From Desulfotalea psychrophila LSv54 (GTDB lineage: Bacteria; Desulfobacterota; Desulfobulbia; Desulfobulbales; Desulfocapsaceae), in contig NC_006138.1 in NCBI RefSeq assembly GCF_000025945.1, positions 1,350,001 to 1,382,000 on the forward strand: 32,000 nucleotides of DNA. Reading direction: 5' to 3'. A program made the position numbers and the translations under genes. Under the pieces are notes generated by a model. That model saw nothing but the letters and a program-made list of their open reading frames with translations, was not told the DNA's origin and made no database searches. Positions 8,199-15,083 of the stretch are shown piece by piece (position 1 is the first letter of the stretch; each line of letters begins with the position of its first letter).

Positions 8199-9449
8199 CT
8201 ACTCAAAACCACGATTAAAGGTGACCTGAAGGCTATCGTCTGTAACAGGGGTGAAGCTATAGTTATATATGCCCTCACTGTTCATTTCATTTGCCAGCCA
8301 TGAGATCAGCTCATCCATTTGCCATAGGCTCTTTTGTCTGAGGGAAAGGCTGTAGCAGACAGATGATCTTGAGCCTGTGGTGGATTGGTCGTAACGCCGC
8401 CTTATGTCGGTCAGTCCCGGCAATCCCTTCAGTACGGGATAGATCTTTTGCGCAAAATTGTCTCTGTAGTGATAAAAGCAGATCTGATATCCATCCCCTG
8501 TCTCAGAGCGAGAGGCTTGCTCAGCTCTCTCCCAGCCGGCAACAGTCTCCAGAGACACATATGCCTCGGTTTCTCTGCCGGGGACAAATATACCATTTTC
8601 CTTATACTTGGATGTTAGCCACACCTGATAAAGTCCACCATAAATCTGATGCGCCTTAATGTGGATACGGATATTGGCCTGTCTGGGATTATCTGTGACA
8701 GTTACCTCTCTATATCGTGCCAGGTAGTTTTTCAGTATCCCGAAAGAGTTTTTGAAATAGGGGCTATTGTCGGGGGAGTCCTGTTCTACATAGACAATAG
8801 TCTCATCGCTTTCCATATTGGCAAAAAGGCAACTGAGGTTTTTTGCGAGATAGGCAGCCAGCAGATCGCCCTGCCTTTTATTAAAGGGAAGGGGACGCAG
8901 ACCGAGGAGAAATTCATCCGCTGAGCTTTGCAGAAGAGCCCTCTGCTGTCCACGGCTTAGTCTGCCACGCCAGGAGAGACCAAAGCCTGTGACCCATGAT
9001 TTCGCCTTGATATCAAGGGCTCTGATATTTACCTTGAACACGCCATCGACAGAGGTTCTTGAGATATCAATACCCACATAATATTTTTCTCTCTGGCTTG
9101 CATTACACTCTACATCTTCAAGACTGGTGTGATGTTTGGGGGCTGCGGCAGATGGCCTCCAGACCAGGCCTATGCCCTGCTTTCTGAGCAGTCCATCTAT
9201 GATATCTTCACGTAGCTGGATGGTGAGGGCATCAATTTCTGTCTCTATATTATCCCGATCCATGGAGACGATTAAAAACGGTTCACCCTTAAATCTCGGG
9301 TTATCCCCCAGCTCATGAACGAGGTAGGGGATGGCTTGTTGGTCCAGCCACTCTTCAAGGGTGTGCTGTTGTGCCTGTATGCCACCTGTTCTGGCACAGC
9401 CGGAGAGGTAGATGCCGGCAAATAGAATAAACAGAAGGGTACGTTTCAT
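8199..9449 (-). CDS. lipoprotein with two FlgO/LpoB-like modules, C-terminus RGFE
   Basis: 416 aa. MKRTLLFILFAGIYLSGC is a signal peptide plus lipobox. Module signatures include EPFLIVSMDRDN...LTIQLREDIIDGLL and ANIRIHIKAHQIYGGLYQVWLTSKY. It lies 30 nt downstream of the SLT gene. Confidence 0.75.
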   Translation of the reverse strand: MKRTLLFILFAGIYLSGCARTGGIQAQQHTLEEWLDQQAIPYLVHELGDNPRFKGEPFLIVSMDRDNIETEIDALTIQLREDIIDGLLRKQGIGLVWRPSAAAPKHHTSLEDVECNASQREKYYVGIDISRTSVDGVFKVNIRALDIKAKSWVTGFGLSWRGRLSRGQQRALLQSSADEFLLGLRPLPFNKRQGDLLAAYLAKNLSCLFANMESDETIVYVEQDSPDNSPYFKNSFGILKNYLARYREVTVTDNPRQANIRIHIKAHQIYGGLYQVWLTSKYKENGIFVPGRETEAYVSLETVAGWERAEQASRSETGDGYQICFYHYRDNFAQKIYPVLKGLPGLTDIRRRYDQSTTGSRSSVCYSLSLRQKSLWQMDELISWLANEMNSEGIYNYSFTPVTDDSLQVTFNRGFE

Positions 9450-9479
9450 TGTTTTGTTCCTTATTAGTCTTCTTATCCG

Positions 9480-10349
9480 TCACATGAACTTCTTGTTAGG
9501 GTCTAGGTAATATCCAAGTTTTGCCATTTTTGCCAGACTGCTCTTCTTCTCCTCTTCTGTATTGAAGAGAAGAACCACAAAACTTTCACCTAACCTGTTT
9601 CTGAACCAGTCAAGCTGTACTTCCGGGGCGCGGGTGTAGAAGTAATCAATAAATTTTTCTGCAAGAAATGGATCATGAAAGAGAAGTACCGGGATTTTAT
9701 GTTTTGCGATGTACTTAGGTCTTCTTCTGGGCTTAGGTAGTCTCTTGCCTGCCTGGGCCACCATATACTGTTCGGAGATGATGCCTCTGCCCGATATATC
9801 CAGAACAGTTTTGAGATGATGGTAGATATAGCCGCTGTACCAGTTTGCTCCCTCCGGGATATTTCTGCTCTTTTGTTTAATACGACCGGGCCCGTAATTG
9901 TAGGCGGCCAGGGCCAGGTGAATATTCCCCCTGTACCGGTCCAGCATCATCCTTATATATCTTGCCCCGGCCATTATATTCCTGCATGGATCATAGAGCT
10001 GGGCAAGAGAGGTAAACCCCAGATCTTTAGCCGTTCCCGGCCAGTGAATCTGCATGATGCCGTAACAGGCGGCAGATGATTTGGCCCGTGGGTTGAAATC
10101 TGATTCGCCTTTGGCTATGGAGAGGAGGAGGGTGACAGGTATGTCGTATCGTTTGGCCGCCTTTTCAAAGCAGATCTGGTAGGGAAAGCTCTTGGCAGGC
10201 GACAGCTTAATCGCCCGTTTCTGGTAGTTTTGCCATGCGCAGTTATAGTCAAGTTTTTGGATCGTCTGTCTTGCCTTTCCTTCACCTTGAAAGAGGACCG
10301 TCCATACGAATATGGCAAAACAGATGGTAAAGATAAGTTTTATTTTCAT
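9480..10349 (-). CDS. lytic transglycosylase (SLT domain) with C-terminal SPOR-like domain
   Basis: Signal peptide MKIKLIFTICFAIFVWTVLFQG. SLT motifs: AKGESDFNPRAKSSAACYGIMQI (catalytic Glu-Ser) and LALAAYNYGPGRI. The C-terminal ~70 aa (IPVLLFHDPFLAEKFIDYF...FVVLLFNTEEEKKSSLAKMAKLGYY) have a beta-alpha-beta-beta-alpha-beta, SPOR-like pattern. Confidence 0.85.
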   Translation of the reverse strand: MKIKLIFTICFAIFVWTVLFQGEGKARQTIQKLDYNCAWQNYQKRAIKLSPAKSFPYQICFEKAAKRYDIPVTLLLSIAKGESDFNPRAKSSAACYGIMQIHWPGTAKDLGFTSLAQLYDPCRNIMAGARYIRMMLDRYRGNIHLALAAYNYGPGRIKQKSRNIPEGANWYSGYIYHHLKTVLDISGRGIISEQYMVAQAGKRLPKPRRRPKYIAKHKIPVLLFHDPFLAEKFIDYFYTRAPEVQLDWFRNRLGESFVVLLFNTEEEKKSSLAKMAKLGYYLDPNKKFM

Positions 10350-10362
10350 GGCGGCCTTGCCT

Positions 10363-11304
10363 CTACTCCAGGGTTATTTGGTTGTCAGCATGAATTGTTA
10401 TATCGCCACCCTTGCCTTTGCCCATCAGCTCCGTAAGCTGTCTGTGGATGCCAGGAGATAAATGTACTCCGTATGTAACAGCACCCTGCTTGAAGGCAGC
10501 TACGGAACGCCTGCCTGCGCGAATAACAGAGCCTGGGACAGTACTCTGATTTATTTCGTATATTTGTTGTGGTGGGGCCGAGGGAATAAAGCTGAGTTTT
10601 CCGCCCCTGCTCACCTGGAGCTTCCAGCTTTTTGTCTTGGCAAGCATAAAGAGCTCTACCTGTCCCCCCTGACCTACCATTTGCAGCAGGGTATTGTTTG
10701 AGGCGAAACCCAGGGTGAATCCCTTCTTTCTATCTGGTGCAGGCCTTGCCTCAGCGACTCTATGCTGCTTTTTAGCCTCTGCTATTTTTCCTTGAAGTAC
10801 CCGTAACTCTTTTTCTGTGAGCTGTTTTTTTATGAGGTATTGATTCTTGCCGGTCTCTGCTTTCCTCTGTAATTCGTTAAGGGCCCCTTGCTGAGTAAGA
10901 AAAGCCTCTGTCTGCAGCCTCTCCTCTGCCTGCATCCCAGCAAGATTGTCCTGCAGGATCTGCTCCCGTTCTTCCAGCTTTTCTATCTTGGCAGCCAGAG
11001 TTTCAAGCTCTTTAATGCCCCTCTGTAGTTTTTGTTTTTTTGTCTGGATCTCTGATTCAAAGAGAGCTGCCCGGCGAATGAGCTGAGCCAGCTGCTCTTT
11101 TAAGTCCTCAACCTCTTGCGGGCTCGTTTTCGTTTCTAATTCAGGGCGACTATTTTGGGGCTGAAGAGGTATTGCTTGAACCAGCGCGAAAATGACCATT
11201 AAACACATGCAGATAATGGCGAAAAAACGCATAACATCTGTTTGCAGGGTCTCTGTCTCATCACTTCCCTGATTATGGCGAAAGCGTGCGGTACCTGTCC
11301 TCAT
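10363..11304 (-). CDS. single-pass membrane protein: ExbD/TolR/MotB-type Asp-bearing TM + ~130-aa coiled coil + C-terminal globular domain
   Basis: 313 aa. The start overlaps the upstream stop (ATGA at 11301-11304). TLQTDVMRFFAIICMCLMVIFALV resembles E. coli ExbD TPFIDVMLVLLIIFMV and MotB YADFMTAMMAFFLV, with Asp23 at the cytoplasmic edge of the TM. Residues ~60-190 are heptad-rich in E/K/Q/L. Confidence 0.55.
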   Translation of the reverse strand: MRTGTARFRHNQGSDETETLQTDVMRFFAIICMCLMVIFALVQAIPLQPQNSRPELETKTSPQEVEDLKEQLAQLIRRAALFESEIQTKKQKLQRGIKELETLAAKIEKLEEREQILQDNLAGMQAEERLQTEAFLTQQGALNELQRKAETGKNQYLIKKQLTEKELRVLQGKIAEAKKQHRVAEARPAPDRKKGFTLGFASNNTLLQMVGQGGQVELFMLAKTKSWKLQVSRGGKLSFIPSAPPQQIYEINQSTVPGSVIRAGRRSVAAFKQGAVTYGVHLSPGIHRQLTELMGKGKGGDITIHADNQITLE

Positions 11305-11945
11305 GTTGTTCCCCGCTCATCTTTGAGAAGAGAGGCAATATTGTCAAGTTTTGCTATGATTTCCAGGTGTTCAGAGAGCTGTTGGCCAATTGCAAATTTA
11401 TAGAGTTTACTGCCCAGCATCCATGCCTTTATCATGCGCATCAGGTATCCACCGATGCCGCCAACAATTGTCGTTGACAGTGAGAGGAGGATGCCTCCAT
11501 CAATAAGTTCTTTAAGTATACTGAAGGCCCCTTTTTGGGCAGCGGTATCTGCATCCAGGCTGCCCAGCGAAACAAGAAGTGCGTTGCGCATGCCGATTGC
11601 AGTCCAGATGACACCGATGCCGAAGAAAAGGGTGATAAGGAGATCAATCTTTTCTTCAAGTGGATATATCTTTTCGGGGGATGTGGCTGTGCTATCAAGA
11701 GCCCTCTGCAGGCGAAAAAGATATAAGATGTAGAGGCAGGCTATCAGGGCAAAGGGGATAATCGAGAATCCTAAGTTGTCGTGGCACCAGTATAGAACGG
11801 GGATGAGGCTGAGGCTGTTTGTTGAGCTGATTGCCACTGTTCCCGATATGTTGAGAATATAGATAAGGGCTGCAACTGAAATTACGCCTAACATCATGCC
11901 GGCGAGATAGCTGCCGGCGTTTTGTTTCATTGTTTTGTTTTTCAT
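11301..11945 (-). CDS. MotA/TolQ/ExbB proton-channel family protein
   Basis: Lies in ORF 11301-11984. The ATG at 11945 avoids overlap with the upstream gene (stop at 11960). The start is uncertain; 11930 is also possible. Multi-TM. LFFGIGVIWTAIGMRNAL...LIDGGILLSLSTTIVGGIGGYLMRMI matches the conserved GTVxGM...GIxxALxTTxxGL core of the family. Confidence 0.65.
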   Translation of the reverse strand: MKNKTMKQNAGSYLAGMMLGVISVAALIYILNISGTVAISSTNSLSLIPVLYWCHDNLGFSIIPFALIACLYILYLFRLQRALDSTATSPEKIYPLEEKIDLLITLFFGIGVIWTAIGMRNALLVSLGSLDADTAAQKGAFSILKELIDGGILLSLSTTIVGGIGGYLMRMIKAWMLGSKLYKFAIGQQLSEHLEIIAKLDNIASLLKDERGTT

Positions 11946-11959
11946 AGCTCTAGCCCGTT

Positions 11960-12523
11960 TTATTCGGCCTGACACGCATCGCATGCGGCTTCCATGATGA
12001 GGTCAAGCTTGGTGAGGTCGTCGCTGGCCTTTGCATAGGTAACCTTGTCATTTGCTGCCCCGACCAGACCTCTTTCTTTGTCGGCAAGTTCTGCCTGCCA
12101 GTCACCTCGAAGGGACTTGAGATTTGAGCAGTAACTGCATGTCTGGTAGTCATCGGGCAGGGATATAAACCTGTGCGAGAAGTAGCGGGTGTAGTATTCT
12201 TTTGCCTGTATCTTGCTGATTATACCCTGGCTTTTTGCCCAGACGAGCAGCTTGCTGAACTTCTCTTTGTTTGCTTCTGTCGGATCTCCTTCGCTGATAT
12301 CCAGGAGGGTTTTGAAAATTGTCTCAAACTGATAGCTGCACTCCCGGTTTGCAAGTGTTTGCCGGGCCGTTGCAAAGGCAGGGTCCAGCAGGTAACCTGA
12401 GGGGAGCTGGCAAACTGGCTCTGGCACTGAATTCGTGTGAGTGGTGGATGCACATCCTGTGGTGATGGTGGCCATGGTTGCCGCTACTACAAAAACTTTT
12501 ATTCCGTTAATTATTTTTTTCAT
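11960..12523 (-). CDS. Cys-rich lipoprotein, unknown function, C-terminus CQAE
   Basis: 187 aa. MKKIINGIKVFVVAATMATITTGC is a signal peptide plus lipobox. The mature part has seven further Cys, including CSYC and CDAC pairs. Confidence 0.7.
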   Translation of the reverse strand: MKKIINGIKVFVVAATMATITTGCASTTHTNSVPEPVCQLPSGYLLDPAFATARQTLANRECSYQFETIFKTLLDISEGDPTEANKEKFSKLLVWAKSQGIISKIQAKEYYTRYFSHRFISLPDDYQTCSYCSNLKSLRGDWQAELADKERGLVGAANDKVTYAKASDDLTKLDLIMEAACDACQAE

Positions 12524-12556
12524 CTCTTTTTCTCCTATTCAATGATTTTGTCTTGT

Positions 12557-13345
12557 CTATTCCATTTCAAGAGGGCTTTGGAAACCACCCTGCTCACTGC
12601 TGCCAATAACGGGGAGTGAGCCTTCCTCCTCAATTTCACCAAAAACAACTGCCTTAACAGCGCTGACCGTGCTGAGCATTTCCGGGGTTAAGGTGCCATA
12701 CATCTGGCCAATGCGGTGCATGGTTTCCTGTTGGACGATTTCAGCTTCCATGATGTCAATCATATTGAGGACCGCCCCGCTATCAAGGTAGATTTCTGAG
12801 GCGAGTGAGGCGAGGTTGGTGTTGCCGCCGCGACTGATCATACTGTGATACTGAGCAAATCTGGTTGAGAGTGAATAGCGGCCCTTGTAAACCTTTGGCT
12901 TGGTAGTATTGCTGAGCAGGCGCTGAATACCGGCAGGTGTGGTCTTTTTGCCGATCTCTTTTCTCAGGTTTTTCTCAATCCCCTTATTTGTTGCAGAAAT
13001 GGACTGTTTGATCTCAGGAAGGTTCTCCTTCATGATAGAGAGCATCTCCATATAGCTGTCTCCCATCTGTTTTGATATTTCCAGACATCCGGGGTCACTT
13101 GAGCCTTCACAGCCGGTTTCCTGGTAGAGGCGTTGTTGCGTTTCGAGTTTGCCGATGGTGGCTTTAAGGCTGCTTTCCATGTTGCCGGCCACCTCGCCTG
13201 TATGGCTTAACTGTTCTGTTACATCTGTGGGGAAGAGGTTCAAAACAGGTTTTGAGTTTGCCGCCTGAGCATTCATGGCTGGAAGGGCAGCTCCGAAAAG
13301 AAAAATAAAGGCGGTGGCTGTAGCTATTTTTTTTCTGATTTTCAT
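12557..13345 (-). CDS. exported, predominantly helical hypothetical protein, C-terminus LEME
   Basis: Lies in ORF 12557-13384. The ATG at 13345 follows AAGGAG and gives MKIRKKIATATAFIFLFGAALPAMNAQA (signal peptide). I recognise no family. Confidence 0.7.
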   Translation of the reverse strand: MKIRKKIATATAFIFLFGAALPAMNAQAANSKPVLNLFPTDVTEQLSHTGEVAGNMESSLKATIGKLETQQRLYQETGCEGSSDPGCLEISKQMGDSYMEMLSIMKENLPEIKQSISATNKGIEKNLRKEIGKKTTPAGIQRLLSNTTKPKVYKGRYSLSTRFAQYHSMISRGGNTNLASLASEIYLDSGAVLNMIDIMEAEIVQQETMHRIGQMYGTLTPEMLSTVSAVKAVVFGEIEEEGSLPVIGSSEQGGFQSPLEME

Positions 13346-13370
13346 TTGTGGTCTCCTTTGAGAGGTCGGT

Positions 13371-13955
13371 TTATAGAGAGACACCTGTCTCTTTTATAAG
13401 TTCAATACTGTTAGCTTTTTCTGCTTCGCTGGAATAGTTGAAGTAAACCTGATATGTTCCAGGCCCTGTTTTTTCAGCAAGACATTCGATACCGCTATTT
13501 TTTGTTATGTATGCGGCAAATCTATCGGCCTTGTTCATCAGTGAGAATGGTTTCCAGAAAAAATGTTTTTCGCCTGCTACATCATCAACGATTATCACCT
13601 CATCTACCGGCATGGTGATTGGCGTAGCCAGGATGCTAAGGGCAGGCTCTGGCGTGATCAGTTCGGGCTCTGCCGTGATCAGTTCGGGCTCTGCCGTGAT
13701 CAGTTCGAACCTCTGGCGTGATCTGTTCGCGCCTGTCACTTTCAGCCTCTGGCCAGGCACAATCATCCCTATTCTGCTCAGCCAGGGGAGTGATGCCTGA
13801 TTCTCCTCCGCTAATAACATCAATCCCCTCCGGAGACGGCGCGCCTCTGCTATTTCCCTTCCCTTATTGATGATCAGCTCTGCAAGTTGGGGGTGGGATT
13901 GCCACAAAAGTAAACTGACAAATCCACCGACAATAAAACCGATTATAACTTTCAT
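13371..13955 (-). CDS. single-pass membrane protein with ELITxEP tandem repeats and C-terminal SPOR-like domain
   Basis: Lies in ORF 13371-13967. The ATG at 13955 follows GGAGA and gives MKVIIGFIVGGFVSLLLW (TM). The alternative start is 13967. The C-terminal FFWKPFSLMNKADRFAAYITKNSGIECLAEKTGPGTYQVYFNYSSEAEKANSIELIKETG fits the SPOR pattern. This is the first gene of the minus-strand block. Confidence 0.7.
   Translation of the reverse strand: MKVIIGFIVGGFVSLLLWQSHPQLAELIINKGREIAEARRLRRGLMLLAEENQASLPWLSRIGMIVPGQRLKVTGANRSRQRFELITAEPELITAEPELITPEPALSILATPITMPVDEVIIVDDVAGEKHFFWKPFSLMNKADRFAAYITKNSGIECLAEKTGPGTYQVYFNYSSEAEKANSIELIKETGVSL
13645..13707 (-). repeat. 3 x 21-bp in-frame tandem repeat inside the CDS
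   Basis: The plus-strand unit is GGCTCTG(G/C)CGTGATCAGTTCG at 13645-13665, 13666-13686 and 13687-13707. It encodes ELIT(A/P)EP three times. A degenerate fourth copy lies at 13709-13729. Confidence 0.9.
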
Positions 13956-14202
13956 ATATTTCTCCATAATTGTTTAGCATTATCAGCTTTCTCAAGAGAG
14001 GTATCGTTGATTATTTTCGTTTTTCAAAAAACAAAATATTTTTTGAGAAAAGGGGGCGCTCCACCCTCTGTCTCAGCGAGGTGCATGAGTTGTTTCTGTA
14101 TCGTGAAGCAGGGTGGAGGGGGGCCTTGGTATTATACCAATATAACTGTTAATTTGCTTGGATGAACGAAGGGGAGAGCGGCCTGCTCAGGCGGGGGCAA
14201 CG

Positions 14203-14232
14203 AAAAAAGGCCAGGGGGAGTTGCCCCTGGCC
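14203..14232 (-). terminator. rho-independent terminator downstream of the HPP gene
   Basis: GGCCAGGGG (14209-14217) pairs with CCCCTGGCC (14224-14232) around a 6-nt loop. An A6 run precedes it on the plus strand, which is a T6 tail on the minus strand. Confidence 0.6.
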
Positions 14233-14306
14233 TTTCTGTCTATGGAGTATGAAAATCAACCTGTCATGCTAAGGCTACTGGCGCAGCGGTGGATCTTCTG
14301 TGGAGC

Positions 14307-14876
14307 TTAGAACCAAAAATATGGATATCTGTGGTTTCGCGGGATGTTGTTGACTATGAGAGCGACCAACAACATGATTATTGCTCCGAGACCGACGGGT
14401 ATAATTGCATATAAATAGTCAAGGCTGTGAATCTTGCTGCTACCTATAACTGCAATGAGTGCGGTTGCGCCCCCGGGAGGGTGCAAGGTTTTGCTGATGT
14501 GCATGGCGCCTATGGCCATAGAAACGGCGAGAGAGGATGCCAGCCACATCTCCGAGGGGAACATTTTATAGCAGCTTACCCCTATGATTGCTGAAATTAC
14601 ATGCCCACCTATAAAGTTTCTTGGCTGGGCCAAAGGACTCTTGATAGCACCATATATTAAAACGGCAGAGGCTCCAAAAGATCCTATGATCATCACGAAA
14701 TCTGTATTTTCAAGGATGTTGTAGTTAATATAGGAAACCGCAGCAATGCCGAGAAATGCCCCTACGCACGACCAGAGAGTGACAAAGGGACTTACCATTG
14801 GTGGGCTTTTGTTCACGCCCTTCATTTTGCAAAAATAGTGAGAGGCGATGCCTTTTTTTTTCATTGTTTTCCTCAA
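14307..14876 (-). CDS. HPP family membrane protein (family includes nitrite transporters)
   Basis: 189 aa with about 4-5 TM segments. The family-defining motif is KTLHPPGGATALIAV. The start codon is uncertain because there are several in-frame Met at the N-terminus. Confidence 0.8.
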   Translation of the reverse strand: MRKTMKKKGIASHYFCKMKGVNKSPPMVSPFVTLWSCVGAFLGIAAVSYINYNILENTDFVMIIGSFGASAVLIYGAIKSPLAQPRNFIGGHVISAIIGVSCYKMFPSEMWLASSLAVSMAIGAMHISKTLHPPGGATALIAVIGSSKIHSLDYLYAIIPVGLGAIIMLLVALIVNNIPRNHRYPYFWF

Positions 14877-15027
14877 TAACTTGTCTGCCTAGCTTTCCCA
14901 ACCATTGCCTGGTCATTTTTTTATAAATTTGTCTTGAGTTGCTGAATGTCTCTAGCCGTGCATTTGATTGTAGCAATCTTTCTCTGTGGATATCCAGAAA
15001 ATCATGAGCTCTCTGATGATTGGCCCG

Positions 15028-15062
15028 AAAAAAAGGCACCGACAACGTTAATTGTCGGTGCC
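15028..15062 (-). terminator. rho-independent terminator of hcp (minus strand)
   Basis: GGCACCGACAA (15035-15045), loop CGTTAA, TTGTCGGTGCC (15052-15062). An A7 run at 15028-15034 gives a T7 tail on the minus strand. It lies 22 nt after the hcp stop. Confidence 0.75.
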
Positions 15063-15083
15063 TTTCTGTGCTAGATGCAAGGC

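Noticed and set aside
13645-13707. Tandem repeats as a possible CRISPR or minisatellite
   Set aside because: The units are contiguous with no spacers, are in frame, and lie inside an intact CDS. This is a coding repeat, not a CRISPR array.
14966-14978. Palindrome GATTG-TAG-CAATC upstream of the HPP gene
   Set aside because: The arms are only 5 bp. This is expected by chance in 32 kb, and there is no similarity to the hcp operator.
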